The notes under the pieces are model-generated. The model ran no database searches, was not told the DNA's origin, and saw nothing but the letters and a program-made list of their open reading frames with translations. The translations under genes and the position numbers were made by a program. DNA of 64,000 nucleotides from Candidatus Latescibacterota bacterium (GTDB lineage: Bacteria; Latescibacterota; UBA2968), in NCBI GenBank assembly GCA_965198115.1, contig OZ240241.1:2368001-2432000 (forward strand), written 5' to 3'. Below, piece by piece: positions 1 to 10,473 of the stretch (its first letter is position 1; each line of letters opens with the position of its first letter).

Positions 1-659
1 TCTTTGCAGATACGATCGAACCACGCTACGTCTGCCCCCTGCGCTAGCTGGCTGATCAGAGCCAGAGCCGGCATTCGACTGCGATCGGGCCACGCCATTT
101 CCAGAACGAGATCGTAGACATCCTCGGTCGGGGACCCCGCGTAGACCGACGCAACCGCGTTGGCGATCTCCTCGTCCGAAGGACTCGGTGCCACTTGACT
201 CACGGCCTTCAGCTTCTCGAGAATCCTCTCGTCCGCCCGTCCTCTCGCCGCCTTACCGATCGCGTGGACAGCCTGCTTCCGAATGAAAAAGCTCTTGCTG
301 TCGAGATAAGGTCCCAGAGTATCCAGAATGACTCGGGCCGATGACCCTGTGACAGCCGCGGCCACAACGTTCACTGCTCGGTCCTTCAGATACAGATCCG
401 GATTGTGCGTGAAATAGGTCAATGCGTCCAAAGCGCGTGCGCCCCGACCCTCGAAAACATCACACGCGACACTGATCGCCCGGTTACGGGTGCGCGCATT
501 ACTCAGATAGGGATAAAGATACTCGAGCGCCCGCGGATCTCCCGTCCGACGGAATCGAACCGTCACATAGTCTGCCCAGATGGCGTTGGCCAGACCTTGC
601 CGGTTCAGCGCGTCCCAGGTTCTCGACTGCTCTTCCAGATTCTTCCAGAGATCGTTCAT
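1..659 (-). CDS. HEAT/ARM-like helical repeat protein (partial, runs off window start)
   Basis: Manual translation from ATG at 659 (MNDLWKNLEEQ...ALEYLYPYL...LGPYLDSKSFFIRKQAVHAIGK) is open to position 1 and shows HEAT-like LxxLLxDxxxxVRxxAxxALG periodicity. Confidence 0.6.
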   Translation of the reverse strand, partial: MNDLWKNLEEQSRTWDALNRQGLANAIWADYVTVRFRRTGDPRALEYLYPYLSNARTRNRAISVACDVFEGRGARALDALTYFTHNPDLYLKDRAVNVVAAAVTGSSARVILDTLGPYLDSKSFFIRKQAVHAIGKAARGRADERILEKLKAVSQVAPSPSDEEIANAVASVYAGSPTEDVYDLVLEMAWPDRSRMPALALISQLAQGADVAWFDRICK

Positions 660-930
660 GAGTGACCCGCCAAAAAGATGCGTGACGCGCCATTCCATTG
701 TAGGGGGCGCAATGACCGCGGCCCGTGCGCCATTCCATCCGCAGGGAGCGCGCCACGCAAAGGAGATATTGAATTGTTCGTCGTCCCGCCTTGTCGTGCG
801 TGTTCTATCCTTACACACTTTCACAGGCACTCTCACCGAAAATTCCGGTGGAGAACGATTCTCTGTTCCGGACAGCGTGCCCAAGCTAAATTGCCGCTTC
901 TCTCTGGTCACTTGTCAATGGTCAATAACC

Positions 931-1761
931 GTGTCTCTCACCATCCACTTCATAGGCGTTTCGGGCTCCAGAGTCGGCCCGGGTGAAGAAACCGCCAGTT
1001 ACGTCGTCAATGGTTCCATCCTGATCGACACCGGTTGAAATGCGGCCGTCTCGATGCAGGAAGTGGGCATCCAGCCGACCGACATCGACACACTGTTCGT
1101 GACTCACTGCCATCAGGACCACATTCTCGGACTGCCAGGCTTGTTCTTCGCGAACAGCCGTCGCCGCCAGACACGGCCCGATGCACCCGATCTCCACATC
1201 TACGGTCCGCTCGACCTGCCACTCAGTGTCGAAGGCGCCAAAGCGCTTCTCCGTTCGAAGCAATACCCTCAGTGCGTCCCCGATCATCAGGTGACGCTGG
1301 TCTATCCTGGCGAATCTGTCGAAATCGGTGACCTGAAAGTCGACGTGGGTCGAGCCTTCCACCCGCTCGACGCCAGAGCCTATCGGTTCACCGACACAGC
1401 GACCGGCGGCTGCATCGTCTTCACGGGGGATACGGCCTATCACGAATACCTGCCTGAATTCGCCAGAAGATGCGACGTTCTGGTACACGAAGCCTCCTCG
1501 ACCCCCGATACCGAACTGTCATCCAGACAGCGCGTTCTCCACTCGACGCCACAGGACGCAGCAAGGGTCGCCAACGAAGCCAGCGTGGGCGAACTCGTCA
1601 TCGTGCACACCGCAGCCGAGAATCGCAAGGCCATCATCGATCGCGCAAAGGCCGACTTCCCCAACTCCGAATTGGGAATCAAAGGAGCCAGACTGGACAT
1701 CTGGGGCCCCGGTGAGACCGAATGGACCCATCCTCAAACGAAGCACGTTGAGGCGCCATAG
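931..1761 (+). pseudogene. RNase Z-like MBL-fold metallo-hydrolase with in-frame TGA at 1036-1038
   Basis: GTG 931 SLTIHFIGVSG..LIDTG*NAAVSMQE continues in the same frame into THCHQDH, FTGDT, LVHEA and HSTP motifs. Confidence 0.8.
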
Positions 1762-1796
1762 TCATTCTGGTCATGGGTCAATGGTCAATGAGTTAG

Positions 1797-2234
1797 CTTC
1801 CTCCACCCTGTGTCATCTTTGAGACCGACATCCTCGGACCGACCAGACGGACTTTCGACACGAATCGGGCCTTCTGGGAATACGTCGTCTTTCTTTGCGC
1901 GAAGCTCTCACAAAGCGGTCGGCCCGTCGTCCTCTGCGGCTGGGTCAACCAGAGCCAGGTCGAGTCCAGCAAGGATCTGCGCTATTTTTCTGTGGCCAAC
2001 TATCTCATTCTGACTTGTGACGAGGACGGCCAAGTCGAGCGCTTACGAGGCCGATACCCTCGCACGCTCAAGAATCTCCCATCCGACGAAAACATCACCG
2101 GGGCCCTCAACGGCAACCGCATCATCACCCCGGGAGGCTACGAACACGATACCGCCACAGTCCTCGAAACAACGCATCACACCATCGATCAGACGCTAGC
2201 CCAGGCAGAACGCTGGATCACGGATCGTTTGTAG
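1797..2234 (+). pseudogene. 5'-truncated remnant, possibly a nucleoside/nucleotide kinase-like protein
   Basis: Frame is open from 1797 (VIFETDIL...SQSGRPVVLCG...YLILTCDE..ERLRGR) but has no upstream start or Walker A motif; TAG at 1794. Confidence 0.4.
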
Positions 2235-2294
2235 TAATCTCCAATTCCAATTCCCCCCAAGTCTACGTATCCTACACGCCATCCCAGACTTACC

Positions 2295-2335
2295 CTCGTG
2301 CCTTCGCGTCTTCGAGCCTTTGTGTCTTGGTGGTT
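2295..2335. repeat. Degenerate 8-mer tandem repeat (CTTCGYGT-like)
   Basis: ctcgtgc-cttcgcgt-cttcgagc-ctttgtgt-cttggtgg; related copy at 17241-17266. Confidence 0.7.
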
Positions 2336-2341
2336 TGAGTC

Positions 2342-3361
2342 TTAGGCGATCGTTTCCAGCATATCGTGCGTCACTTGGTGGAGCTGCTCTTCCCCCGCGA
2401 AGTAGCGACGGAGTTCTTCTGCCGCCATCTCCCCGACGCGATATGTCTGGGGACCCGCGATATGGGGAGTGAGAACAACGTTGGGAAGGGTTCGTAGTGG
2501 GTTTTCGGGCTCGGCCGGTTCCGGGTCCGTCACATCGATCAACGCGAAGAAACGGCCCTTCTGCAGTTCTTCGATAAGCGCCGCTTCATCGATGTTTGCG
2601 CCGCGAGACGTATTCACGAACACCGCGTCGTCTTTCATCAGCTTGAAGTGTGTCCCGTTCCACATATGACGTGTCGCATCCAACCTCGGAGCGTGACACG
2701 TCACGACATCCGATTCTCTTGCCATCGTTTCGAGGTCTACGAGCTCCGCACCGAACGCCTTCGCTTGCTCCTCCGAAACGAACGGATCGTAGAGCAGAAG
2801 GCGTGGTTTGTACGGTTGCAGAAGGCGCATCACGCGCCGGCCCACGTGGCTTGCGCTGATCACGCCGACGGTCTGGCGATGGAGTGTCCTTGGCCGCAAC
2901 GGGGGGTTACTGACCCTCCACAGGTCCGGCTGATCGTTCATCGCCATCTGTCGCATATACGGAAGGACACGTCTGAGGCCGATCGTGATCAACCCCATCG
3001 TGTACTCGGCCACATCGTCCGCGATCGCCGCAGCAGCACTCGTGATGACGATACCCTTCTCGTAAGCTTCCGCGCAGATCTTGCTTTTCACCGATCCGGC
3101 TGCGTGCGACCAGATCTTGAGTCCCGTCACTTTCTCGACCACGGCCAGGGACAACTGCACACTCACACCACCGGTCGTCCAGCTCGCCATCACACCGTCT
3201 ATCCCGACAAGGAAATCGGCGACTTCCTCGTCGTCCAAATCCCGATCCTCCCGATTCACCTTCACGTCGGCGAAACTCTGGAGCATCTCGAGGTCTTCCT
3301 GCCGCAGAATCAGCTCCTGGAGAGACTTTCTAACGAGAATGGCGATCTGAGGTCGTGTCAT
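2342..3361 (-). CDS. D-isomer-specific 2-hydroxyacid dehydrogenase
   Basis: VAEY, VGVISASHVG (degenerate Rossmann), FVNTSRG, IDVTDPEP and LTPHIAG motifs. Confidence 0.9.
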   Translation of the reverse strand: MTRPQIAILVRKSLQELILRQEDLEMLQSFADVKVNREDRDLDDEEVADFLVGIDGVMASWTTGGVSVQLSLAVVEKVTGLKIWSHAAGSVKSKICAEAYEKGIVITSAAAAIADDVAEYTMGLITIGLRRVLPYMRQMAMNDQPDLWRVSNPPLRPRTLHRQTVGVISASHVGRRVMRLLQPYKPRLLLYDPFVSEEQAKAFGAELVDLETMARESDVVTCHAPRLDATRHMWNGTHFKLMKDDAVFVNTSRGANIDEAALIEELQKGRFFALIDVTDPEPAEPENPLRTLPNVVLTPHIAGPQTYRVGEMAAEELRRYFAGEEQLHQVTHDMLETIA

Positions 3362-3401
3362 TCTGGCTTCCGTTTGTGATTTCGATGAGAATTGACGCTT
3401 T

Positions 3402-4196
3402 CTACACCGGTTTCAGATACTCTCCGGGAATACGCGACCCTTCGTACTCCGCATCCGAATCACGTTTGGCGATCACCTCAGGAATCTCACCCTCCCAATT
3501 GGCGGGTATGGTGTCGGTCGGTCGCCTGTGCCAGGCCAGGATGAGCGTCCTCCGCTCATCCGTCTTATTCCCATCGGCCGAGTGTAGAACACGCGCGTCA
3601 CCCAGCACCAGGGAGCCGGCCTTAACAGGTACGTAGATTTGCTCAGGATCGTCCCCGAACATAATCGGATGATCCTCCTCGATGAAGCGGGCGCCCTGCT
3701 CGTGGGCGGGAACGAGCCTGTCGTGAAGGGGAATGCGTCTGTGATGCGTGCCTGGAATGACTTTCAGGCAACCGTTCTCGGGCGTGGTGTCTGTCAGGTA
3801 ATAGTTGAGGAAGATGATCTGCGGCCAGGGAGATATGGTCAGCGGATCGTTCCACTGCATCCAGTCCTGGTGCCAGTAGAGTGGTAGGCCGTGCGCCTCT
3901 TTCGTCAGGATGATGACACTGCCGCTCGTCTTGAAGTCTCCGAAACCCAGTTCCTCGAGCGCACGATACGAGGGCTCCCAGGACAATAGCTTGTCGATCA
4001 CGGAATTGTCTTCCCGCTTCACGCCGATGTGTTGACCCTGGTAGACAAGATCGGGTGGTTCTTCGTGATTGGCGATGAGCCGCTCCGTTTCATCCCGCAT
4101 TTCCTGCAGGAAATCCTCCGTCACGATATCATCGATTACGCAGAATCCATCTCGCAGCATCTGCTCCCGTGTCTCTTTTACTTTCTCCGGTGTCAC
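3402..4196 (-). CDS. Phytanoyl-CoA dioxygenase (PhyH) family Fe(II)/2OG oxygenase
   Basis: DGFCVI, WHQD, NGCLKVIPGTH, LHS..N...RR motifs. Confidence 0.9.
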   Translation of the reverse strand: MTPEKVKETREQMLRDGFCVIDDIVTEDFLQEMRDETERLIANHEEPPDLVYQGQHIGVKREDNSVIDKLLSWEPSYRALEELGFGDFKTSGSVIILTKEAHGLPLYWHQDWMQWNDPLTISPWPQIIFLNYYLTDTTPENGCLKVIPGTHHRRIPLHDRLVPAHEQGARFIEEDHPIMFGDDPEQIYVPVKAGSLVLGDARVLHSADGNKTDERRTLILAWHRRPTDTIPANWEGEIPEVIAKRDSDAEYEGSRIPGEYLKPV

Positions 4197-4258
4197 GTTC
4201 CTCTCCTGGTTTCTAGAATCGTTTTCCTATGGTTGAACCCTGACGACTGGCGCTGGCC

Positions 4259-5359
4259 TCAGGCCGCGCTTCCCATCCTTTTGATCAGAGGATGGCGCCG
4301 ATCCTCCAGGGGAAGATAGGCGCGTGCTTTCGTGAAATGTGACTCGTAGGCGGCGCTCACGCACTGGATCGACGTGATCGCATTGGGTCCTCCCAGCTCG
4401 GGCGTTTCACCCGCCTGAAGCGACTCCACCATATGTTTCACGCTCCAGATCGGATGACCGCTGCCCCACGTCTCTCCGCCGATGACGAACGCCGCCGGGT
4501 CGATTTCAACGCACTCCCAAGCCGCACCTCCCTCCACGAAGAAAGCATCCGAGGGGCAATACCACATCTCCCACCGCTCGATCTTGATCTGGCCCATCGT
4601 ACCCAGTAAGTGAGGACTGTGAAGATAGCCATTCAGTTCCTCTCGCCGATACAACTCCACAACACCCGATACGCCGTTCGGTCCACCCAGGTGAACCAGC
4701 ATCGTGTCGCCGGCGACCATTCCGTTGTCCCGACGGTCGGTTGTGCACAGTTCGCTGCTGTGAACGATGTCCTCGACCCCAACCTCGTGACCTTCATAGG
4801 TCATCTGGGCGTGAACCCATTCGACACCCCGGGCGAAGAAATCCATCTCGTCGAAGTAGTGGACACCCATCTCCATGAGCTCGAACCCTGCCGCACGCCC
4901 TTTACCCACTTCGCGGATCGAACGGAACTGACCGATGCGTCCTTCCTCGATCCACTCGCGTACAAGACGATACAGCGGGCTGAACCGGTACTGATGGCTG
5001 ACCGCCAGCTCGACCTCCGCTTCCGCACAGGCGGCGATCATCGTGTCGGCCGTCTCCAAATCGACCGACAGAGGCTTCTCGCACAAGACGTTGATCCCTG
5101 CCCTCGCGGCGGCGATCGTCACGGGCGCGTGAAGCGGTGCGTGAGTACAGACACTCACGAGATCCAAGTTGGCCGAGGCAAACATCTCCTCGTAGTCCGT
5201 GTATCTGTTGGATACGCCGTGTTCGTCGGCCCGCTTGTCGAGCGCCTCCTGATTGATATCGCAGATCGCTGTGAAGTCGACGCTACTCAGGCAAGAATAA
5301 GCCGATGCGTGGTACCTGCTGATCCCCCCACAACCAACGATTCCCACTTTTAATGACAA
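4259..5359 (-). CDS. Gfo/Idh/MocA family oxidoreductase
   Basis: KVGIVGCGGI, VLCEKP, EMGVHYFD; probable TTG start at 5359 with GGAGG RBS. Confidence 0.9.
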   Translation of the reverse strand: MSLKVGIVGCGGISRYHASAYSCLSSVDFTAICDINQEALDKRADEHGVSNRYTDYEEMFASANLDLVSVCTHAPLHAPVTIAAARAGINVLCEKPLSVDLETADTMIAACAEAEVELAVSHQYRFSPLYRLVREWIEEGRIGQFRSIREVGKGRAAGFELMEMGVHYFDEMDFFARGVEWVHAQMTYEGHEVGVEDIVHSSELCTTDRRDNGMVAGDTMLVHLGGPNGVSGVVELYRREELNGYLHSPHLLGTMGQIKIERWEMWYCPSDAFFVEGGAAWECVEIDPAAFVIGGETWGSGHPIWSVKHMVESLQAGETPELGGPNAITSIQCVSAAYESHFTKARAYLPLEDRRHPLIKRMGSAA

Positions 5360-6063
5360 ATCGAGCCTCCCTGTTGGTGTAGGACGAAACGCGAGGCTAC
5401 ATGATAGCACGCTTGGCTCCGGAATCCCATTCGGTCGAAGATCCTCCCGAGCGGCCGGTCTTGACACCGCCTCGAGGCTGTCGTAACAAATAGTCGCGGT
5501 TGTTCCTTTCAGAGTCCTGTTTCGGAGCCAGGATGACCCTCCGATCGAACGTTGTAAAGATGTCGGTTCTGCTCGCTTTCTCTGCAGGCTACACTCGTGG
5601 CGAAGTGCGCCTGCCCGCACTCTTTTCGGATGGAATGGTACTACAGCGAGAGCAGGAGATTCCTGTCTGGGGGTTCGGTCGGCCGGGAGAAACCATTAGG
5701 TTCGGCTCGGTGACCATTCGGCCAGCGGGGTAGCCGATAGCCTGGGGACCTGGTCCGTTCATCTGCCTCAGTTGCCCGCCGGTGGGCCGCTGGAGATCGA
5801 GGTCGCAGGGAGCGGATCCACAATCGTCGTTAGGAATGTACTCGTCGGGGACGTCTGGGTCTGCTCCGGTCAATCGAACATGCGATTGCCGGTCCAGAGG
5901 TCCTCACACGCGGCCTCAGAGGTTGCGAGTTCGGCCAATCCTTCGATTCGTCTGTTTACCGTTGGACAAAGAGTTTCAAAAGAGCCGCTACGCGACACGG
6001 ACGCTATCTGGTTGGAATGCGAGCCTCGGAACGTCGCAACCTTTTCTGCGGTAGCCTATTACT

Positions 6064-7483
6064 GGCTCTATCCGGGTTTCTCAACGGTGAAACTATAGAA
6101 TGACAAGGTCATAGATCGTTCCCTACGCTTGGTTGTGTGTGTAGGACAATCAAAGCGAAGGGGGTGCGACCTATGACCGGGAGCAGATTACTATCGAAAC
6201 TGCTGAAATTCAAGGGGTTCCGTGTTGTCAGCTGGTGGTTTGAGGGGAGGAGCTGCGTCGTCATCGCCGTAAAGCCACATAAGAATGGTTGTTGTTGTCC
6301 GGAGTGCGGCCGTCGAGGTAAAATCGTCCGCACAATGCCCCATCCGCGTCGGTGGCGTGACATTCCGGTGTGCGGGTGGAGGGTCTGGCTTCTCTACCAT
6401 CCTCGGGAGATTCGGTGTCCTACCCACGGTCGTGTGGTCGAGGAGATTCCGTGGGCGGAGCGGTTCTCTCGGGTGACGTATCGCTTCGAGTATGCCATGC
6501 TGCGCTACTGCCAGACCATGACGCAGAAGGCGGCGTCCGAGTTACTGCGCATCTCTGCCTCGACGCTGTCGGATCTCCTTCACCGATCCATCACGCGGCT
6601 TCGTGAAGGTCATCGTATCCGAGGGCTCAAAACCATCGGGATCGACGAGATCTCCTACGCCAAGCGTCACAGGTACGCCACGCTCGTTTACGATCTGGAC
6701 CGCTCCTGCGTGGTGTGGGTTGGCCGCGGCAGGGCGCGTAAAACGATCGATCGGTTCTTCACAGAGGCTCTCAGTCCCTACCGGAGATCCAAGATCGAGT
6801 GGGCCTGCTGCGACATGAGCGAAGCTTACATCGGAGCCATCCAGGAACACTGTCCGAATGCCAAGCTGGTCCTCGATCGCTTTCACATCGTCAAGGCTCT
6901 CAATGCCGCCGTTGACGAGGTCCGTAAGGACCAGTGGCGTAAAGCTGCCCCGGATGAGCGCAAAGCCATGAAGGGCCTCCGATGGCTCCTCTACCGGCAC
7001 TCAGCGACACGCTCCAGAGGGGATACTCGGACACTCAAAGCACTGGAGAAGGCGAACTACCGAATCTATAGAGCCTGGAGACTCAAGGACGAGTTCGAGC
7101 AGTTCTGGGAATACAAAGCGCCCTGGGCTGCCGAACGCTTCCTGAAATGCTGGACGACGTCCGCACTCAGAAGTCGACTTGAACCCCTGCGAAAGTTCGT
7201 CAGGACCCTGCGACAGCACTTCTTCGGCGTCCTCGCATTCGTGAACACGCGTCTTACCAACGCCATCGCCGAAGGCCTCAACCGAATCGTCCAAATCGTC
7301 AAGAACCGAGCCAGCGGATTCCGCACACTCGACGCATTCAACGATATGATCTTCCTTACCGTCGGAGACATAAACATCCCTGAGCAGATTCCGAAGAGGT
7401 TCCGCACACGCTAACCGCGCCCCCATGCCAGGAACCACGGCACCTTCACCCACTTCATCTCGTTGAGAGATCCGGATATAGCC
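6064..7483 (+). mobile_element. ISL3-family IS, copy 1 (1420 bp), 8-bp target duplication CTATTACT
   Basis: IRL ggctctatccgggtttctcaacg and IRR (revcomp) ggctatatccggatctctcaacg; CTATTACT at 6056-6063 and 7484-7491. Confidence 0.97.
6137..7414 (+). CDS. ISL3-family transposase
   Basis: CPECG zinc finger, IGIDE, CCDM, VLDRFH, TNAIAEGLN. Confidence 0.95.
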   Translation: MCRTIKAKGVRPMTGSRLLSKLLKFKGFRVVSWWFEGRSCVVIAVKPHKNGCCCPECGRRGKIVRTMPHPRRWRDIPVCGWRVWLLYHPREIRCPTHGRVVEEIPWAERFSRVTYRFEYAMLRYCQTMTQKAASELLRISASTLSDLLHRSITRLREGHRIRGLKTIGIDEISYAKRHRYATLVYDLDRSCVVWVGRGRARKTIDRFFTEALSPYRRSKIEWACCDMSEAYIGAIQEHCPNAKLVLDRFHIVKALNAAVDEVRKDQWRKAAPDERKAMKGLRWLLYRHSATRSRGDTRTLKALEKANYRIYRAWRLKDEFEQFWEYKAPWAAERFLKCWTTSALRSRLEPLRKFVRTLRQHFFGVLAFVNTRLTNAIAEGLNRIVQIVKNRASGFRTLDAFNDMIFLTVGDINIPEQIPKRFRTR

Positions 7484-9005
7484 CTATTACTTTGGGCGCG
7501 ATCTGCACCAGGCTTTGAATGTGCCGATCGGGCTCATTCACGCATCCTGGGACGGCGCTCCGATCGAGCCTTGGATAAGACTTGAAACACTACAACAAGC
7601 GGGTGAAATCGTTGACTCTCGCCTGAGAGACTGGGATCTTCGCCTTCATGGATATCCGGCGAAGTTGGCAGACTATGTGGTGAAGCTGGACCAGTGGAAG
7701 GAAACCGCGGAGACCGAAAGGGCCGAAGGCCGAATTCCGCCACACCCCCCCAATAAACCGTTGGGCCCCAATTCTCCCTATAGACCCGGGGCCTCTACCA
7801 AGGCATGGTTGCTCCTCTTGTGCCGTTCGGAATCCGGGGCGCCATTTTTTATCATGGTGAAGCGAACACTTCCTGAGCTTTTCAATCGGGACGCTCTTCC
7901 CGATGCTAATTCGAGACTGGCGAGAAGCCTGGGGTCAGGGTGACTTTCCGTTTCTGTTCGTCCAGCTTCCTAATTTCAATCTTCGCGTGGACGGCTGGAA
8001 GGGCGTGGTGATCGAGCGAGATCCAGGCGAGAGCGAATGGGCGGAGCTGCGTGAGGCTCAGGCACTGGCACTCTCAGAACCCAACACCGGAATGGTCGTT
8101 ACCACGGACATCGGCGACCCCAACAACATTCATCCTGCAAACAAACGGGATGTGGGGAAGCGACTCGCCCGTATCGCACTCGCCAGAGAATACAGGCAAC
8201 CGGTTCAGCATTCCGGTCCCGTTTTCCGCGCAGCCTCCTTCGAGGGGTCGCGGGTTCGGATCGAATTCGATCACGTCGAGTCGGGGCTCGTCTTCCAGAA
8301 GGGTCGAAAGGGATTCGCCATCGCCGGTCCCGACAGTCACTTTATCTGGGCGCACGCGACGATAGAGGGAGACACCGTCATCGTCTGGCACGAGGATGTC
8401 CCCAAACCCATAGCAGTCAGGTATAACTGGGCGAACAATCCGAAAGGAAAACTCTTCAACGAGGCAGGTCTGCCCGCGGCACCATTTCGGACCGACAACT
8501 GGCCGGGTCAAACAATCGAAGCGCGATGAATTCTCCCCTGACCAGAAAGGAGCTTCCAGTGACGTTTCCTACCAACGAATGGGCGACCGCGACCCTCGAA
8601 GAAGCGGACGTCGATCAGGATGGATTGAAAACGATAAAAGCCTGGCTGGACGATCGCGTTGAGGACCGACGGTATCGCTTCGTGATCGTCAAGGAGGGAA
8701 AGCTCGTCGTCGACTGGAACCACGGAGTCGAGCGAGAGGAACAGCTGTCGGTCGCGTCAACGTGGAAGTCGATGCTGTCGAACGTGCTTGGAATCGTCGT
8801 AGAGGAAGGAAAGCTGCCGTCTGCCGACGCGGAAGTTTACGATTACTGGCCTGTCTATATGGACGTCCCGGATGGGGAGGGCCCAAAGGAGAACCGCTGC
8901 GCGTTCCCCAAGGATCGCCACATCACCTTCCGACAGTTGATCTCGAACAGCTCCGGGTATATGAAGCCGGGAGAACAGCCTGGAACGGTTTTCCACTACC
9001 AGAGT

Positions 9006-9642
9006 CATGACCTCCGGCAAAGCCGGAGGCTTGAAAACTTGTGAACCGCTCAAAGCGGTTGGAAACCAAGCGCCACCTAAAGGTGGCGATTACCTGAAAA
9101 TGTTGAGCTGGTCGAGACGCCGGTCCTCCCGCTCCTGGTTCTGGATATACTCCCGAACCGTCTGTTCATCCTTGCCAACGGTGGAGACCCAGTAGCCTCT
9201 TGCCCAGAAATGCTGCCCGGTGAAGTTCGACCTGCGTCCCAGATAGTTCCGAGCAATGTGAATCGCACTCTTTCCTTTGATGAACCCTACCGTCTGAGCT
9301 ACTGAGTGCTTCGGCGGGATCGAAATCAACGTGTGCACATGGTCGGATCGCAGGTGACCCTCTTCCACACGGCATTCCTTCTGTGCGGCCAGATCCCGAA
9401 TCACCTCGCCCAGATAGCGACGAATTTCACCATACAACACTTTTCTACGATACTTCCGAACCCAAACAACGTCATACTTGCACTCCCATACCGTGTGACG
9501 TAGACTCCTTACGTTGTTCATTAGAGAGCCTTCCTTCCGTGTGCTTTGAGCGGTCCACGGCAAGGGAGGCTCTTACATATTTCTGGAACTGTCAAACTCT
9601 GGGAGTCTCCCCGGCAGAGCCGGGGGCTTACCAAGGTTTAGT
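9006..9642 (-). mobile_element. IS200/IS605-family element (tnpA only)
   Basis: Subterminal hairpins cctccggc-aaa-gccggagg (~9011-9029) and ccccggc-aga-gccgggg (~9609-9625); AGT at both junctions makes the ends ambiguous by 3 nt. Confidence 0.9.
9090..9521 (-). CDS. tnpA: Y1 (HUH) transposase TnpA
   Basis: DHVH, IKGKS, FWARGYWVSTVG, YIQNQ motifs. Confidence 0.95.
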   Translation of the reverse strand: MNNVRSLRHTVWECKYDVVWVRKYRRKVLYGEIRRYLGEVIRDLAAQKECRVEEGHLRSDHVHTLISIPPKHSVAQTVGFIKGKSAIHIARNYLGRRSNFTGQHFWARGYWVSTVGKDEQTVREYIQNQEREDRRLDQLNIFR

Positions 9643-10347
9643 TACGGGATGTGCATCCTGTCGCACGCCCTCGCCAGTCTCTATGGTTACTACGATGTTA
9701 GCGATCCCGAAGGGTCGGACGGGTTCCGCCGATTGCTTCGCGAAAAGCTCGCCGACCCACTCGGTGCCGGTTGGGATTACACGGCAGGCACCCTCGACAA
9801 CCTGCACGACAAAGCAAGACAGAACATCTTCTGCTACGGCACACGGATCCAGACGACCGCCCTCGACCTCGCCCGCGCGGGCTGGCTCTGGTGCAACTAC
9901 GGGAAGTGGAACGACGAACAACTCGTGCCGGAATCGTGGATGCGCGAGTCGACTCAGGTCGCGCCCCACATCAAGCAGCATTGTGATGAGAAGGATTGGC
10001 TCTACGGAAACGGATTCTGGAGTAACTCGGAAGGCAAGCTGTGGCCCGACCTTCCCCGTGACGGTTTCCACTCTTGGGGCGCGGGCGGCCACTACGTCGT
10101 CGTGTTTCCCAGCCAGGAGCTGCTCATCGTGCAGAATCCCGACCCCTTCGGAATCCGCGGAGGCGAAGGAGCGAATCCGGAGTTGATCACCCAGGTTTTC
10201 CGCGCCTGCACGTAGGAATCGGCATTTCACCCACAAACAACGGATCCCTTCGGTCTGATATCGGATATCCGTTCTCGGATCTCGGATAGATTGTGGCCCC
10301 GGGGCCACTTTTTCAATGGAGCAAGAATCGTGGCAGACATAGACTGA

Positions 10348-10440
10348 CCTACTTCGACATTCGACGTTCGATGTTGGACATTGGTCATTCGAAGTAGGGG
10401 GAATGCCCAATGTCCAACGCTCAACTCCGAATTTCGAACG
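10348..10440. repeat. Heptamer-periodic palindromic intergenic element
   Basis: ttcgaca-ttcgacg-ttcgatg-ttggaca-ttggtca-ttcg; 10-bp IR cctacttcga/tcgaagtagg; inverted copy gaatgcccaatgtccaacg. Confidence 0.7.
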
Positions 10441-10473
10441 ACTCCACAGCCGGACCATATTTTGAGCTATCCA

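Larger units (their letters stand above)
5533..8529 (+). pseudogene. Sialate O-acetylesterase (SASA/DUF303), split by ISL3 and frameshifted
   Basis: LPALFSDGMVLQR, VGDVWVCSGQSNM, FSAVAYY|FG..L...NVPIGLI, FLFVQLPNF, DIGDPNNIHPANK, AVRYNW; frameshifts near 5700-5770 and 7790-7900. Confidence 0.9.
8526..10215 (+). pseudogene. Serine hydrolase (beta-lactamase/class C-like), interrupted by IS200
   Basis: SxxK (ASTWKS), ITFRQL, PGTVFHYQS|YGMCIL rejoins in frame on removing the IS; DLARAG, GKWNDEQLVP, WGAGG. Confidence 0.88.

Noticed and set aside
9006-9642. TnpB/IscB RNA-guided system with the IS200/IS605 element
   Set aside because: The element is only about 640 bp and encodes TnpA alone.
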